Assembly (NCBI RefSeq): GCF_009914755.1
Contig: NC_060932.1
DNA from: the human T2T-CHM13v2.0 reference genome, Homo sapiens
Direction: 5' to 3' (one strand)
DNA length: 64,000 nucleotides
The notes beneath the pieces were generated by a model, which was not told where the DNA came from, did no database searches, and saw only the letters and a list, made by a program, of their open reading frames with translations. A program made the translations under genes and the position numbers. Shown here piece by piece: positions 27,650 through 40,959 of the stretch; the stretch's first letter is position 1; each line of letters begins with the position of its first letter.

Positions 27650-28604
27650 TGTTGAATAGCAGTGGTGAGAGTGGGCATCCTGGTCTTGTTCTGAATCCTA
27701 GGGGAAAAGCTTCAAACTTTTCCTCATTGAGTATGATGTTGTTACCTGTGGGTTTGCCATATATGGCTATTAGTGTGTTGAGGTACGTTCCTTCTATACC
27801 TAATTTGGTAAGAGTTCTTTTTATCATAAACGGCTGTTGAATTTTGCCAAATGTTTTTTCTGTGTCTAGCAAGATGATCATATGCTTTTTGTTCTTTATT
27901 CTGTTAATGTTGTGTATCACATTGATTGATTTGCCTATGTTGAACCATCCTTGCATTCCAGGGAAAAATCCCACTCGATAGTGGTGAATCATCTTTTAAT
28001 GTGTTGATGAATTTGGTTTGCTAGTATTTTGTTGAGGATTTGTGCATCAGTGTTTATCAAGGATATTGGCCTATAGTTTTCCATTTTGTTTCTTTTTTTG
28101 TGATATCTTTCTTTGGCTTTGGTATCAGAATAATGCTGGCCTTATAAAAGGAGTTTGGAAGTAGTCCTGCTTCTTGGATCTTTTGGAGTAGTTTGTGGAT
28201 AATTGATACTGGTTCTTTTCTAAATGTTTGGTAGAATTTAGTAGTAAAGCCATTAGACCCAGGAATTTTCTTTGATGGAAAACATTTTATTACCACTTCA
28301 ACATCCTCTTTCATTTTTGGTCTGTTAATAGTTTCTATTTCTTCATGATTCAGTCTCAGTAGGTCTTATGTGTCTGAGAATTTATCCATATCTTCTAGAC
28401 TATCCAATTTTTTGGCATATAATTGTTTATAATAGTCCTGTAAGATCCTTTGTATTTCTTTGGTATCAGTTGTAATGTTTCCTGTTTCATTCTTAATTTT
28501 ATTTATTTGAGTCCTTTTTCTCTTAAACTAAAGAATTTTTTCAGTTTTATTTATCTTTTTAAAAAAGAGCTTTTAGTTTTGTTTATCTTTTGTATTGCTT
28601 TTCT
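27650..28604 (-). mobile_element. L1 ORF2 (RT region) fragment
   Basis: ORFs [20 protein letters not shown]...GTYLN...[10 protein letters not shown] and PGSNGFTTKFYQTF are L1 ORF2p motifs, with frameshifts. Confidence 0.93.
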
Positions 28605-31600
28605 ACACGCAAGTCCTTCCAGATTGGGTAAATCATCCCGTGTATCTAACTCAAATATCCTCCAAGCTTTGCTGAATTTGTCTCCTGAGGACCTTTTTAC
28701 AGAAACTTTTATAGATGAAAGGAATAAAAGTTTCAAATATGAAGACAAAATAATCTGCCATAATTTCTGACTTCAAGGCACTGTGGGTCTAGGAACAGAG
28801 AAGGACAGTGTGAGGAGGGCTGCAAAAGTTGTCATATAGACAAAATAAGAGTGAGCTCCAACTAGCAAATCCCCCATTTTAGCATAGGCAGCATCATATC
28901 AGGCCCATATATTCTGATGGTTCCACTAAATATTATCTAGTTTGTTCAGAAGTTTGAAATGTTCAAGATTACAAAGGGGATGTTATGAAAAATGTCTATT
29001 TTTACATTTCATTTGCACTTACAGAGCTGAGAATTTTAGGAGACCTAACTTTGCCTTATGGAAAATCCTGTCTGGGTTGTTTCAGGCATTTTATTCTTAG
29101 GAACCATCTGGTGAGAAGCCCGGGTTCTTAGTTTGAAACTTGATTTATCTGTTACTTTTCTTTCTTTTTTTCTTTTAAAACAACCTCTTTCTTTCCTTCG
29201 TTTGCTTTTTTTTTGTGTTTCCAAATAAACTTGATTCCTTCCTCACTTTCTTCATCCATCTAATGATACTTTTTCTATTTATTGATGGTCCTGTATATAT
29301 TAATTATGAGTACTGCCAGAGAATACGTTAGTATTAAAAGGACACTCTAAAGAAATCCTGCAGACTTTGGATCTAAACAGACTGTGAGTCAATAGATACT
29401 ATAATCTGTAGATATTATAGTGGAGAACTTACTCTTGTGTTAGGCATATGAGACAATCAATAAATAAGATATGTTCTTATCTTTATTATTAACTATTATA
29501 AACATGCAATTTATATAATCCATGGAACTTCCAGATGATTCCATGTATTTCTGGACAAAGAGTCAAATACAGAACTACCACTGTTTGTGTTGTGACTGAC
29601 CCAGAGGAAAAATGTTTTATACACAAATGCATGTCTTTATGGCCTCCAGAGTTTACCCCTAAAAGTTCTAGAATGATAGACTGAGAATTAAAGAAATTAA
29701 TTTTTCTGTTTCTTAAACTGAAATAGTAACTCAATTATGTCTCTTACCTTACAATTTATCAGGTGGTGCTTATCAGATAATCACAGAATTGTACTCTTCC
29801 TGAATAGCCCCTTGGCTTCCTTCACTGGCCTAAATCCACAGTGAGGTTTGAATAATTTTGTTTGTTTTAGAAGGATTCAGTAACTTTTCTTAAATTAATC
29901 TGCATCCTTGGCTATAGGTATTTGCAAAGTAGACTACTTGAATGCAACATTTTGCTGAGCTTCTCCTGCCTTTTAGTTCTCCCCTTGGTCTCTTGGAAGC
30001 TAATTTCCTTCCCTCAGGACCTGTCCTGGCTCTCCACCAGGTAAGGGAAATCTGAATCTAGCCCTTTCTTAAGTCTTGCAAATTATTCTCCTCAAACTGG
30101 AGGATGCTGAATAAAATCTTACTTTGTTTAGGCTTTCCCCAATTTTACGGCAACCAAACTTTCTCCCTGAATGTGATACAGCAACAAATTTTCTCCTAAA
30201 AACATGAATGGAGACACAATTTTCCACTATTACAGTTATTTTATTTGTAATAGAAAGAATTAATTTAGTCTGCATAATATGTTTTCATAGAGTCTAGACA
30301 GAGGATTCACGTTTTCCCTATTAAATTGACGTTGATCTTATTTCTTACAAATTTATAACCCTGACTAATGGCATGTTTCTTCCTGCTCTCAGTCATCTGG
30401 TGTTAATGGTGCCGTGTCCAAACAGTTGATTTCTGTTTTCCACATAACTCGTCAGCTCCGATAGCAGTGGTGACAGTTTTAGCTCATCTTGCTACATCAA
30501 CATTATTCAATTAGGCAATATTTATTAAACAGGTGCTATATGCCAAACTCTATGCTTTGCTAAGATATCAAGAGAAATACAGTATTATATCTCCCCTCAA
30601 ATAATTAAACAACTCAGAGACTGAGAGGCCACCCACATGTCATGATGTCTGGGTTTTATAAAAGAAGAAAGAAGGGAACATTGGAGGTTTTAATAAAGAA
30701 GTGGTCCATTCATCAAAGAAGAGGTTATCAAAAGGTTTACAGGTGGACAATGAATTTGAGCCTCAAAGCCCAAGTAAAAATTTTCTAAGTGGGAAAGGGA
30801 GTCAGGTGGTACAATGTATAGCATAGAACAAATTCAGCAAAGATAACTAAATAGATGAAGACATAGAATGTTACAACATCAAGATCTATTCCGAAAGTTC
30901 CATGGATTTCAATGACTAGGAAACATGGCTGGGCAGTGATGAAAGGGAGAAGACTACACAACTAAATCAGAGTCAGATATGAGGGTTGATTGGTTTCCAT
31001 ATTGAAATTTAAACCTTAGTTCATTGATAATCCTTATGAAAGTGTTTTTACCTGGAAAATAGCATGGTCAGATTTGCTGTTGGAAAACGTCGCTTGTCTG
31101 TATAAACTAGGAGGGAGTACAGGCAGTGAGTCCATACAAGAGATTCTCATGGCCACCTGGCCTGGACATATAAGGGCCTAAAGGAGGCGGTGGACATCCA
31201 CAGCTAATTACAGGACTTTAGGAGCAAACACGTATGATGGATTGAATTATTGCTTCATTCTATCTACAAGCCTTAACAATGAAATGTGGAAAATGATACT
31301 TCCCAACTGAGAAAAATGTTGTGAAACCCAAATGATATAGTTCATTCATCCCAGTGACTGATAAAACTATCATTATTACCAATATTATAGCTATTGAGGT
31401 ATTTGTATTGAAAACAGAAAACAACGGAGAATTACGGGATATACCCAAGATACAGTGGAGAGAGAGACAGAGAGAGTGGGAGACAGGGTTTGAGATGTGA
31501 ACAGTTAGCAAATTGAAGTATTTAGGAGACATTCTTGTGGAAGTCACAGCACCGGGTTTCACTGGTGAGATAACAATAGCATTACAATAACATTGATATA

Positions 31601-31614
31601 AACAGCTATGATTT

Positions 31615-31832
31615 ATTGACAGTCACAGCCCCAACCACTTCATTTGTAATAGCCCAATTAATTCTCATAGCAACTCTGAGGCAGAAAACACTATTGTCAT
31701 TATTACTGTGATCAGAGGAAACTGAGGCACAGAAAGATAAAGTAACTTGTTCAGAAACATGTCCTGAGAAAGTAACATCGTTTGATATAAACCCTAGCAA
31801 TCTGTATCTAGAATCTCTGCCCTTCATCATGT
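31615..31832 (-). mobile_element. MIR
   Basis: CAGAGGAAACTGAGGCACAGAAAGATAAAGTAACTTG core. Confidence 0.8.
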
Positions 31833-31930
31833 GTCTGAGAGCCTGCTGTAGATGCTTGAAGGAAATCGTTGGTTATAGAGGTGATCACAAATGAACAGTC
31901 AGTTAAAGATTACCAGTAAAGAAGACTGTG

Positions 31931-32550
31931 CAGTCGTCCTCCCTTATCTGCAGTTTTGCTTTCCACAGTTTCAGTTACCCACAACTAACTGTGGTCCACT
32001 AATATTAAATGAAACATTCCACAAATAAACAATACATAAGTTTTAACTTGTGCACCATTCTGAGTAGGGTAATAAAATCTCACACCATCCTGATATGCCC
32101 CGCCCGGGATATGAATCAGCCCTTTGTCCGGTGTATTTATGCTGAATTTGCTACCTGTCCCGTTAGTCATTTAGTAGCTTTCTCACATATCAGACTGACT
32201 GTGGAAGTATTGGTAGTGCAGTGTTCATGTTTGAGTCACCCTTATTTTACTTAATAATGGCCCAAAGACCAAGAATTCTGATGCTGGTAATTCAGATATG
32301 TCAAAGAGAAGCTATAACGCCTTTTCTTTAAGTGAAAAAGAAAAAGTTGTCTACCTAATAAAGAAATAAAATTGCATGCTCAGGTTGCTAAGATTTAGTG
32401 TATGAACAAATATTCTATCCATAAAATTATAAATAAGGAAAAAGAAATGTGTGCAGAAATTAGTATATATAGAGTTTGGTATCATCCATGGTTTTAGGCA
32501 TCCACTGGGCATATTAGAACTTATCCCCCACAGATAAAAGGGAACTACCA
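31931..32550 (+). mobile_element. MER44 (Tigger7-derived) DNA transposon
   Basis: TIR-like ends CAGTCGTCCTCCCTTATCTG and CAGATAAAAGGGAACTACCA followed by TA. Internal GGGATATGAATCAGCCCTTTGTCC. Confidence 0.85.
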
Positions 32551-33466
32551 TACTTGCTTTATCTGTGTCCCTGGGAAGCCAATGACCCTTAGGCTCAGAG
32601 TACAGTGGGCCTAACACTGTAGAGAGTGTAGACTGCATTTCCACCCCACTCTTGCGATTATTGCATCTGGGTAAAGTGGTGAGTGAGGATGGGGAGCAAA
32701 GGAGTATCAATCACTTTCAAATGATCTCTCTGCTCCATAGGTTCCATATACAATTCTTAGAAACGCAGAGCAACTATATTGTACTCAGCTCCATATTCCC
32801 CAGGGTTTATCACTGTTTTTGGTGCATTGTAGGTATCTCATTCCTATTTGCTCAATTGAACAAACAGGAATTGAACAATGCTGGAGGGAATAAAGACATT
32901 CAGTTACTCAAAATAGCCAAAAAGTGTTTGATTAAGAGCCTTGACTACTAACATAACACCATTGATATCCAAACCCGAATGTTATCCTGTACTGTTTCTT
33001 AAGATTTTCTGTAGGAGAATTCTCAGTATATGCCACTTTGTGGACAGAGCATTGGTCCTCACTAAAACACACTGAAACATTTTATCAACTAACTAGTCAA
33101 AGATGGAAAATGCAACCCAAGAGTCTAGATGAGCTTGTCAAAAGGCAAAGTAATAATAATAATAACATTAATGTATGTGCTACTTATTTCAGACACTAGT
33201 GTATGCCAATCATTAGAACATTTACTTTACACACCACGCATATACCATTCTCCATAAATATTAACATTCTTCCATTCCTGGTATCATTTTCTAAAGAGAT
33301 ACCTGCTTCGTGAGACTGATTCTTAGACTTTTGAGAGGAAAAGTCAGGAGGGATGGAAGGGTTGTAGAAGGCAAAAAGAGGCATGTGGATGTATAAACTT
33401 GAGGGTGAGAGCAGTAGGCATTAAAAATTTTGGGGGATGGAATGTTGAGAAGAATTATCAAACTAC

Positions 33467-33486
33467 GTGTGTGTGTGTGTGTGTGT
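33467..33486. repeat. (GT)n microsatellite
   Basis: Directly visible. Confidence 0.9.
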
Positions 33487-35244
33487 TTGTACAGGTATAC
33501 AGGTACATATATATGTAACAACACTCAGATTATTTAGAAATTGATTATTTAAAATTACCTTATTTGCACAAATTATGTTTTATTAAATTTATTAATGTAT
33601 ATGGTTCTTAATTAACCAGTATAACACTCTGGGAAGAGCCCCATGATGACAGCTCAGCATTCCACATTAATCATCTCTTTTCATCACAAAAGTCCTGTAT
33701 CTAAGGCAGATATTTGTGCCACATTTTGTGTCTAAGGACACTGAAGTTTAGGGAGACCAAATTTCTGCCTGAGAACCCATTGCTAACCATTCATAGATCC
33801 AGTCTGAATTCAGATCTTTGGAATGCAAGGCTCTTTCAAGGCATAGCATCTTTCTGCTCAGGACGCACTCTCTAGTCATTTCCTCTAATAAGCTGAAATA
33901 TCTCTATATCCACGGCTGTTGGTGCTTCAAATAAAACCAACAGTAGCTTTAGCTGCTAGGGACACATTCCCATTTTCTCCTATCCATCTTGAACTCGCTC
34001 ACACACTGGTTTTATTAGGTCCCAAGCCTGTTTAGATTTATAACCCACTAAATTCTCATTTGGCTATTTTTTGAGGGTTCAAAAATCTGCCTTCAGACTA
34101 GCTTTGGCAAGAGAAAGATGTTCTGCCTCTTAGCTTTACCCTGCTGAAGACCCTAGGTCACAATCCAGCCAGCACTGTGTGCCATCAGATCCATCTCCTC
34201 TGGGAGGGGAGGAGATATTCCAGCTCTTGAAATATTCACTCTGTGTGTCAAACACTTATGTGTCTCCCATGGCATGGGTAATTTAGCCTGGGAAGTGCCC
34301 TGCCTTTCTCACTTCATCAAAATAATCACTATCAGCCCTCTTTACTTTGGTATGACACAACACATGTTGTAAACTGCTTTTACATACATTGGTTATTCCA
34401 CGAATTACAAACACTCAAATATAAGGACACATAAAATTTGGAAAATAGAGTAAAAAAAGCTAATTATGCCACCTACCCTAATACAGCAGTAATGATAATG
34501 AGAAGTCCCTAAATGTTTTATTCATGTGCATTCATTCAATTGATTTATTTTAATTTAACATAGGGTAATGGAATTCTTTCTTGGTACTATACAAAAGTAA
34601 CTTTAATCATGATTCTAGTTTTAATAAAGGCTACCATTCCTCAACCAACTATATTCAATGCACTAGGTGTTTACACATATTATCAATTTATTTATTTTTT
34701 TAAAAAAACCTATTAAACTAGTAACATTTTTCTTGTTCTACTAGTCAGAAAATGAGGGCCCGCAAAGGTCAAATTGAATTGCTTAAGATAACTTGATACT
34801 TCTGTTTTATAAGAAACAACGTGTTACTGATGTTAATTTTTATATGATCTTAATTTTTTCATATTATATGTGACACTGAAATAATATTCATATATTTTGG
34901 ATTATTTTCTTAGGTTAGTTTTTGAAAATCAATACTACTAGATCAGTATACATAAACACACTTTTTAAGTTTAGCGATATAAGTTGAATAAAATGCTCCA
35001 AAGAAACTGACAATAATTTACACTGTACTAGCTGTTCATTTCAGAGAACAATTGCTAGATTTGGTTGAAACATGGTACCTCATTAGTGTTCTAATTTCTT
35101 TTCCTTTATGGACACATTTTTTTCTCATATGCAGGTAAGGATTTTTATTTTCTGTTGTCTGCATATATCTGTTATCTCTGGCCTGTTGGAATCTTAATGT
35201 TTTTTCTAATCACATATAGAGAAGTTGTAATTACAGTTTAAGGG

Positions 35245-35272
35245 GTGTGTGTGTGTGTGTGTGTGTGTGTGT
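35245..35272. repeat. (GT)n microsatellite
   Basis: Directly visible. Confidence 0.93.
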
Positions 35273-35324
35273 TTATTCATGTGTGTGCATACACAAGAGA
35301 GAAAAGTTCGGGGATCCTTTAAAG

Positions 35325-35810
35325 GATGCATGTATCTGCTCAGCATCCATTCCTCCCTCTTCTGGTAACAGCACCCAATTTTCCTTTAGGAACCCATGAT
35401 CTGTATGCTAAGTCCATCCATCTAGGTAAGTTAAGGTGCCATCAACATTGGATACTGCATCCTTCTGGCCATAGGAATGGGTTTAGGTCTGAGAACCAAA
35501 TTTAAGATGAGGGCAATGAAAGAGCTGCCCAGTGTTTTGCTGAAACTCGAGAAAATGGTCCTCTACTTACCCTGGGGAACATAAGCCTGTGAATACAGTT
35601 TTGGCCCTCATGGTGATCACATTTTTCCCAGAGAAAAATTTCCTGAGAATAAAGGTACCACTGAGGAGAGCAAACTCAAACTACATGGAGAGATATCATT
35701 TCAGTTTCCTGATTCTGTTAAGACTAAAATCAATCCTAGATGTAATCTTTCAGTCATACAAGACTCTAATTTAAGTCAATTAAGTTGAATTCCATCATTT
35801 GCTATCAAAT
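35325..35810 (+). mobile_element. Old MLT1 (J/K-like) LTR
   Basis: CTGCTCAGCATCC...TTCTGGTAACAGCACCC...TTTAAGTCAATTAAGTTGAATTCCATCATTTGC. Confidence 0.55.
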
Positions 35811-36521
35811 ACTGTCTGGTACGCCTGTGTTCACCTGCCAGTTGCAGATTGACAGATGACCAGGTCTCAGATAAACACACCCCCTGCTGATTTCTTAAAT
35901 GTCTTGCTTCACATCCCCTTTATTAGCATTCAACCCTTTTTTATTTGAGTACTGTGACTTCTGCTTGGAAACTCCCATAAGCGGTACCTGAATGTCAACA
36001 GCAAATGTTCTTTGGATGCCTTTGTTCTCTGTTACTTTCCACTTTCCCTTTAGCCAAGCCTGTCCCTGAGCCTCAGTCATACCTTCAGTATGGAGTTCAA
36101 TATCAGTGATCAAGACAGATGTTTACAGTGTCACCATTAACTTTAACCCCCAAGCACCATAGAAGATGCTCAAAAATGTCTGTTGACCGAATGATTGCAT
36201 AGGTACATTTTACCAATATTCTGACATATTTGAACCATCCCCCAAAGGAAAAAACATTTATTTTTCTTGTATTTGACACTTTCCTATGAAACTACACAAA
36301 GAACACCAGGTGTCCTTGGTGTTAAACTTTATTTATGTGAATTTTATTAAAATGTATTATTCACTGCCTAAGTTCATAGCTTGCACAGCTAAAGCTATTG
36401 CTGAAATTTAAACTTCCTAATAAACAAGATTTATACGATAAGGTCACAAGTGATCATGACAACCAAGATATTACAAACAAATAAATGATTCCATGTAATT
36501 ATGGTCCCAAGCATGGTCCCA

Positions 36522-36617
36522 AACCAGCATCTATTTAACCTCAAGGATGATTCTGAAAGAGCTGAAGAAAATAAGTCCTCCTTTAGAATCATCCTTGGGG
36601 TTAAACAGATCCTGGTT
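36522..36617. repeat. Inverted repeat: 40-nt arms, 16-nt loop
   Basis: 36522-36561 versus the reverse complement of 36578-36617 matches at 35 of 40 positions. Confidence 0.93.
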
Positions 36618-38155
36618 CTGAGATAGAATTGTCTTTCTTACCAAATCCTACTGGGAGCAGAACAGGGCCTAGAATTAACCTAATATTGTCCCAGCCTTAA
36701 TCATATTGTCTTCTTTTGATGTCGTTGTCTGGCTCTTTTAGAGATGTTAGCTGTACTCAGGCACACGTAATTCCTTCTTAACTCTTTTTATCTGTAGATT
36801 TCCATATCTCAGATTTTGTTAATTGACAGCAGGATGGCTCTTTTATCAAATGAAAATAATTGTTTTTTCCTGTATTTTCTTCATTAGCATTTCTGGTAAG
36901 CACGTTAAAAAAAAAAAAAAAGATAATTCCCTGTCTGCCCCTCACTTCCCTTTCTCTCCTACCTCTTGCTAAGCTGCAAGTTCCTTCCCTCTCTTAATAC
37001 GTGACTTGAGACATAAGATGTTAACTTCTTGGTTGCTTTGGCAAGTATTTTCTAATTATTTTCTTTCCAAATAATTTGATTTACATTTTAGAATGGTGGG
37101 GTCACAAGAATATGTTATTTTAATTTTAAAACTCAAATTCAAAGCTCATAACATTTATGATTTCAAATTAATTTACTTACTAATCTCTAAACACACCTAT
37201 TTGGAAAAATAGTTTGACAATAATATTTAAATTATGTAATAACATCATTTCTGTTCTCCAAACTGAATATGAAGCTTACAATCCAGATGCTATGTCTTCT
37301 TGCCATATCTGGTGCTTACAACATGCTTGCTCAAGCATAACAATATTGCATATATCAATTATTGCCATTTTGTAAATATAGCTATTGCTATGTATAATAT
37401 GAAGGCATGGAAAGTCAATGAAGAGGTTTCATCTAATTTCACTTATTCTTTAATAGCACTGAAAATTGTTTACACATGAAATCTACATAATTCCTTTACT
37501 TATTAAAAGAGCTTTGTTATTTCAGACTGCCTAAATGCACTTATACATATATTCACACATGTATATACCTTGCCTGTAAATATATTATAATTACAGATTA
37601 CAGACTAATTAGAGTGTTATTTATGCCTGAAGATTACATACTAATTATAGATGAAGTTATTAGGGAAAACCTGGCAAAGGCTATGTAATTGTTATAAAAT
37701 TATAAGTGTATGCAATATAATTTTATGATTATTTGTACCATATGAAATAGTAACTTGCCAAAAATCAAGCCAGAAGGTTGTTGTGAATCTGTTATCTATG
37801 TCCTTTTAATAATGTTGAGACTTAGCAATGCCAAAAGCACAGCTTGCTTTGGTTTCAAGGACAGAGGCCTTCGGAGCAGAGCTAAGTACAAACTGCTGCG
37901 GGATGTGCTGTAGATGCCTATTTTAGAGTTTGTAGATAAATGGTGAACACGGAGTTAAGGGGTAATCATGAGTTACTCAGCAACATTTTTAGTATTCTAA
38001 TATTATTATTATTAATTGATGAATATAGAAACAATGAGAAATAACAAAAATAGTAGTAGTATGTGTCACCTGTGTTTCAAGCATTGTCATAACACTTTAT
38101 ACATGTGACTTCATCACATGGCCACATCAGCTCTGTGAGGTACAATATCTCTGTT

Positions 38156-38427
38156 AACTATCGCAAGGACAAAAAACCAAACACCACATGTTCTCACTCA
38201 TAGGTGGGAATTGAACAATGAGGACACCTGGACACAGGAAGGGGAACGTCACACACCGGGGCCTGCCGTGGTGTGAGGAGGGGGGAGGGATAGCATTAGG
38301 AGATATACCTAATGTAAATGACGAGTTAATGGGTGCAGCACACCAACATGGCGCATGTATACATATGTAACAAACCTGCACGTTGTGCTCATGTACCCTA
38401 GAACTTAAAGTATAAAAGAAAAAATAA
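38156..38427 (+). mobile_element. L1PA 3' end (L1PA3-5-like) inserted in a MIR
   Basis: CATGTTCTCACTCATAGGTGGGAATTGAACAATGAG...GTACCCTAGAACTTAAAGTATAA plus A tail. Confidence 0.93.
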
Positions 38428-38999
38428 GAGATGAAGAGTCAAGACTCAGAGACACTAAGTATTGAGCCCCAGTCACACAACCATTAAGTGACAGAGAAGG
38501 GATTCATTCATATCTGAAAAGACTGCCTCTAGGACTTACGCTCTTTAACTATCCAATCTTTATTAGAGACAAAGGACTTCAGTTGCTCATTCTCCCTGTA
38601 TTTCTTTCCCTTTGACTTTAAATGTATCCACAACAATACACATTTTTAGTTCTTTTCCTCCAGCCTCAGGAACGGGAATAGCTTCACTGACTTAAATTAT
38701 GAAGACTTTCATTTTCAGCTCCTTTTGACCTTGCTCCCTTTCTCTTTCTTTTATGCTAGCCCACTCTTTTTCCTTTCATCACACACTTCTCTTGGCTTTC
38801 AAAAATAAGATTACACCCTTATTGACAAACATCCTTTAATACTGCCTCTCCATAAATCTATTAACCTTTTATCCCTTTTCAACATCAGCTTCATGAAGAG
38901 TGGCCTATGCTCAGTCTCTCCACTTTAGCTGCTAATTACACTGCAGCCTAGGATGCCATAAAAGCCCCTCTCTTAAATGTCTCCATTGACCAAAAGATT

Positions 39000-39761
<762 letters not shown>

Positions 39762-39794
39762 TGACATGATCTCATATGCAGAAAATCCTAAAGA

Positions 39795-39795
<1 letters not shown>

Positions 39796-39840
<45 letters not shown>
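39796..39840. repeat. (AC)n microsatellite, about 22 units
   Basis: Directly visible. Confidence 0.97.
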
Positions 39841-39842
<2 letters not shown>

Positions 39843-39986
39843 TTAGAACTAATAAATTTAATAAAGCTGTAGAATGCAAAATCAACATACAGAATTTAGT
39901 TGTGTTTCTATATACAAAAAATAAAATATCTAAAATAGGTTTTTAGAAATCTCACTTACCATAGCATCAAAATGAATAAAATATGA

Positions 39987-40278
39987 AGCTAGGTGCACTG
40001 GCTCACGACTGTAACCCCAGCACTTTCGGAGGCCGAGGCAGGCGAATCACCTGGGGCCAGGAGCTCGAGACCAGCCTGGCCAACATGGTGAAACCCTGTC
40101 TCTATTAAAAATACAAAGATTAGCTGGACATGTTGGTGTATGCCTGTAGTCTCAGCTACTTGGGAGGCTAAAGCACGAGAAATTCTTGAACCTGGGAGAC
40201 AGAGGTTGCTGTGAGTCAAAATCATGCCACTGCACTCCAGCCTGGGCAAGAAAACAGGACTCCATCTCAAAAAAAAAA
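39987..40278 (+). mobile_element. Alu, AluS-like
   Basis: Full dimer with A tail. Confidence 0.93.
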
Positions 40279-40731
40279 TGAAATATTCAGAAATAGACTA
40301 AACCAAGAAGATAAAAAACGTTTACTGAAAACTATCAAACATTGATGAAGCATTATGAAGAAGTCGCCAATAAATGAAAAGACATCACATGTTCATGGAT
40401 TAGAAAATGTAACATTGTTAAAATGCCCTTACTACCCAAATTAATCCACAGATTCTTACTATCTTCATCAAAATCCCCATGTATTTTTACAGAAATTAAA
40501 AAGCACAATCCCAAAATATATATGAAGACACAAAAGATGAAAAATTGCCAAAGTGATTTTGAGAAGGAACAAAGATAGGCATCCCACTTCCTTAATTGAA
40601 TATATATTACAGAGTTCCAGCATTAAAACAGTATGGTACTGGCATAAAATCTAATGGAACAAAATAGAGTTTCCAGAAATCTAGATCTATATTTATATAT
40701 GTAGGTATACACAGACATATATTTATCTATG

Positions 40732-40738
<7 letters not shown>

Positions 40739-40778
<40 letters not shown>
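40739..40778. repeat. (AT)n microsatellite, about 20 units
   Basis: Directly visible. Confidence 0.97.
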
Positions 40779-40781
<3 letters not shown>

Positions 40782-40959
40782 CATGCACCTACTACAGTCA
40801 ACTGATCTTCGACAAGGGTGTCAAGAATACACAACTGGAAAAAGTAGGCTTTTCACTAAATAGTGTTGGGAAAACGAGAGATTCAAATTAAAAAGAATGA
40901 ATTTGGACCCTTATGTTATAGCTCTTACAAAAATCCCTCATTGTATCTTATTCATTTGC

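Noticed and set aside
27531-28314. Reverse-transcriptase-like ORFs as a novel RT system
   Set aside because: Ordinary fragmented L1 ORF2p.
33030-33046. CTCF-like motif (minus strand GTCCACAAAGTGGCA)
   Set aside because: Mismatch in the core. It cannot be supported without ChIP data.
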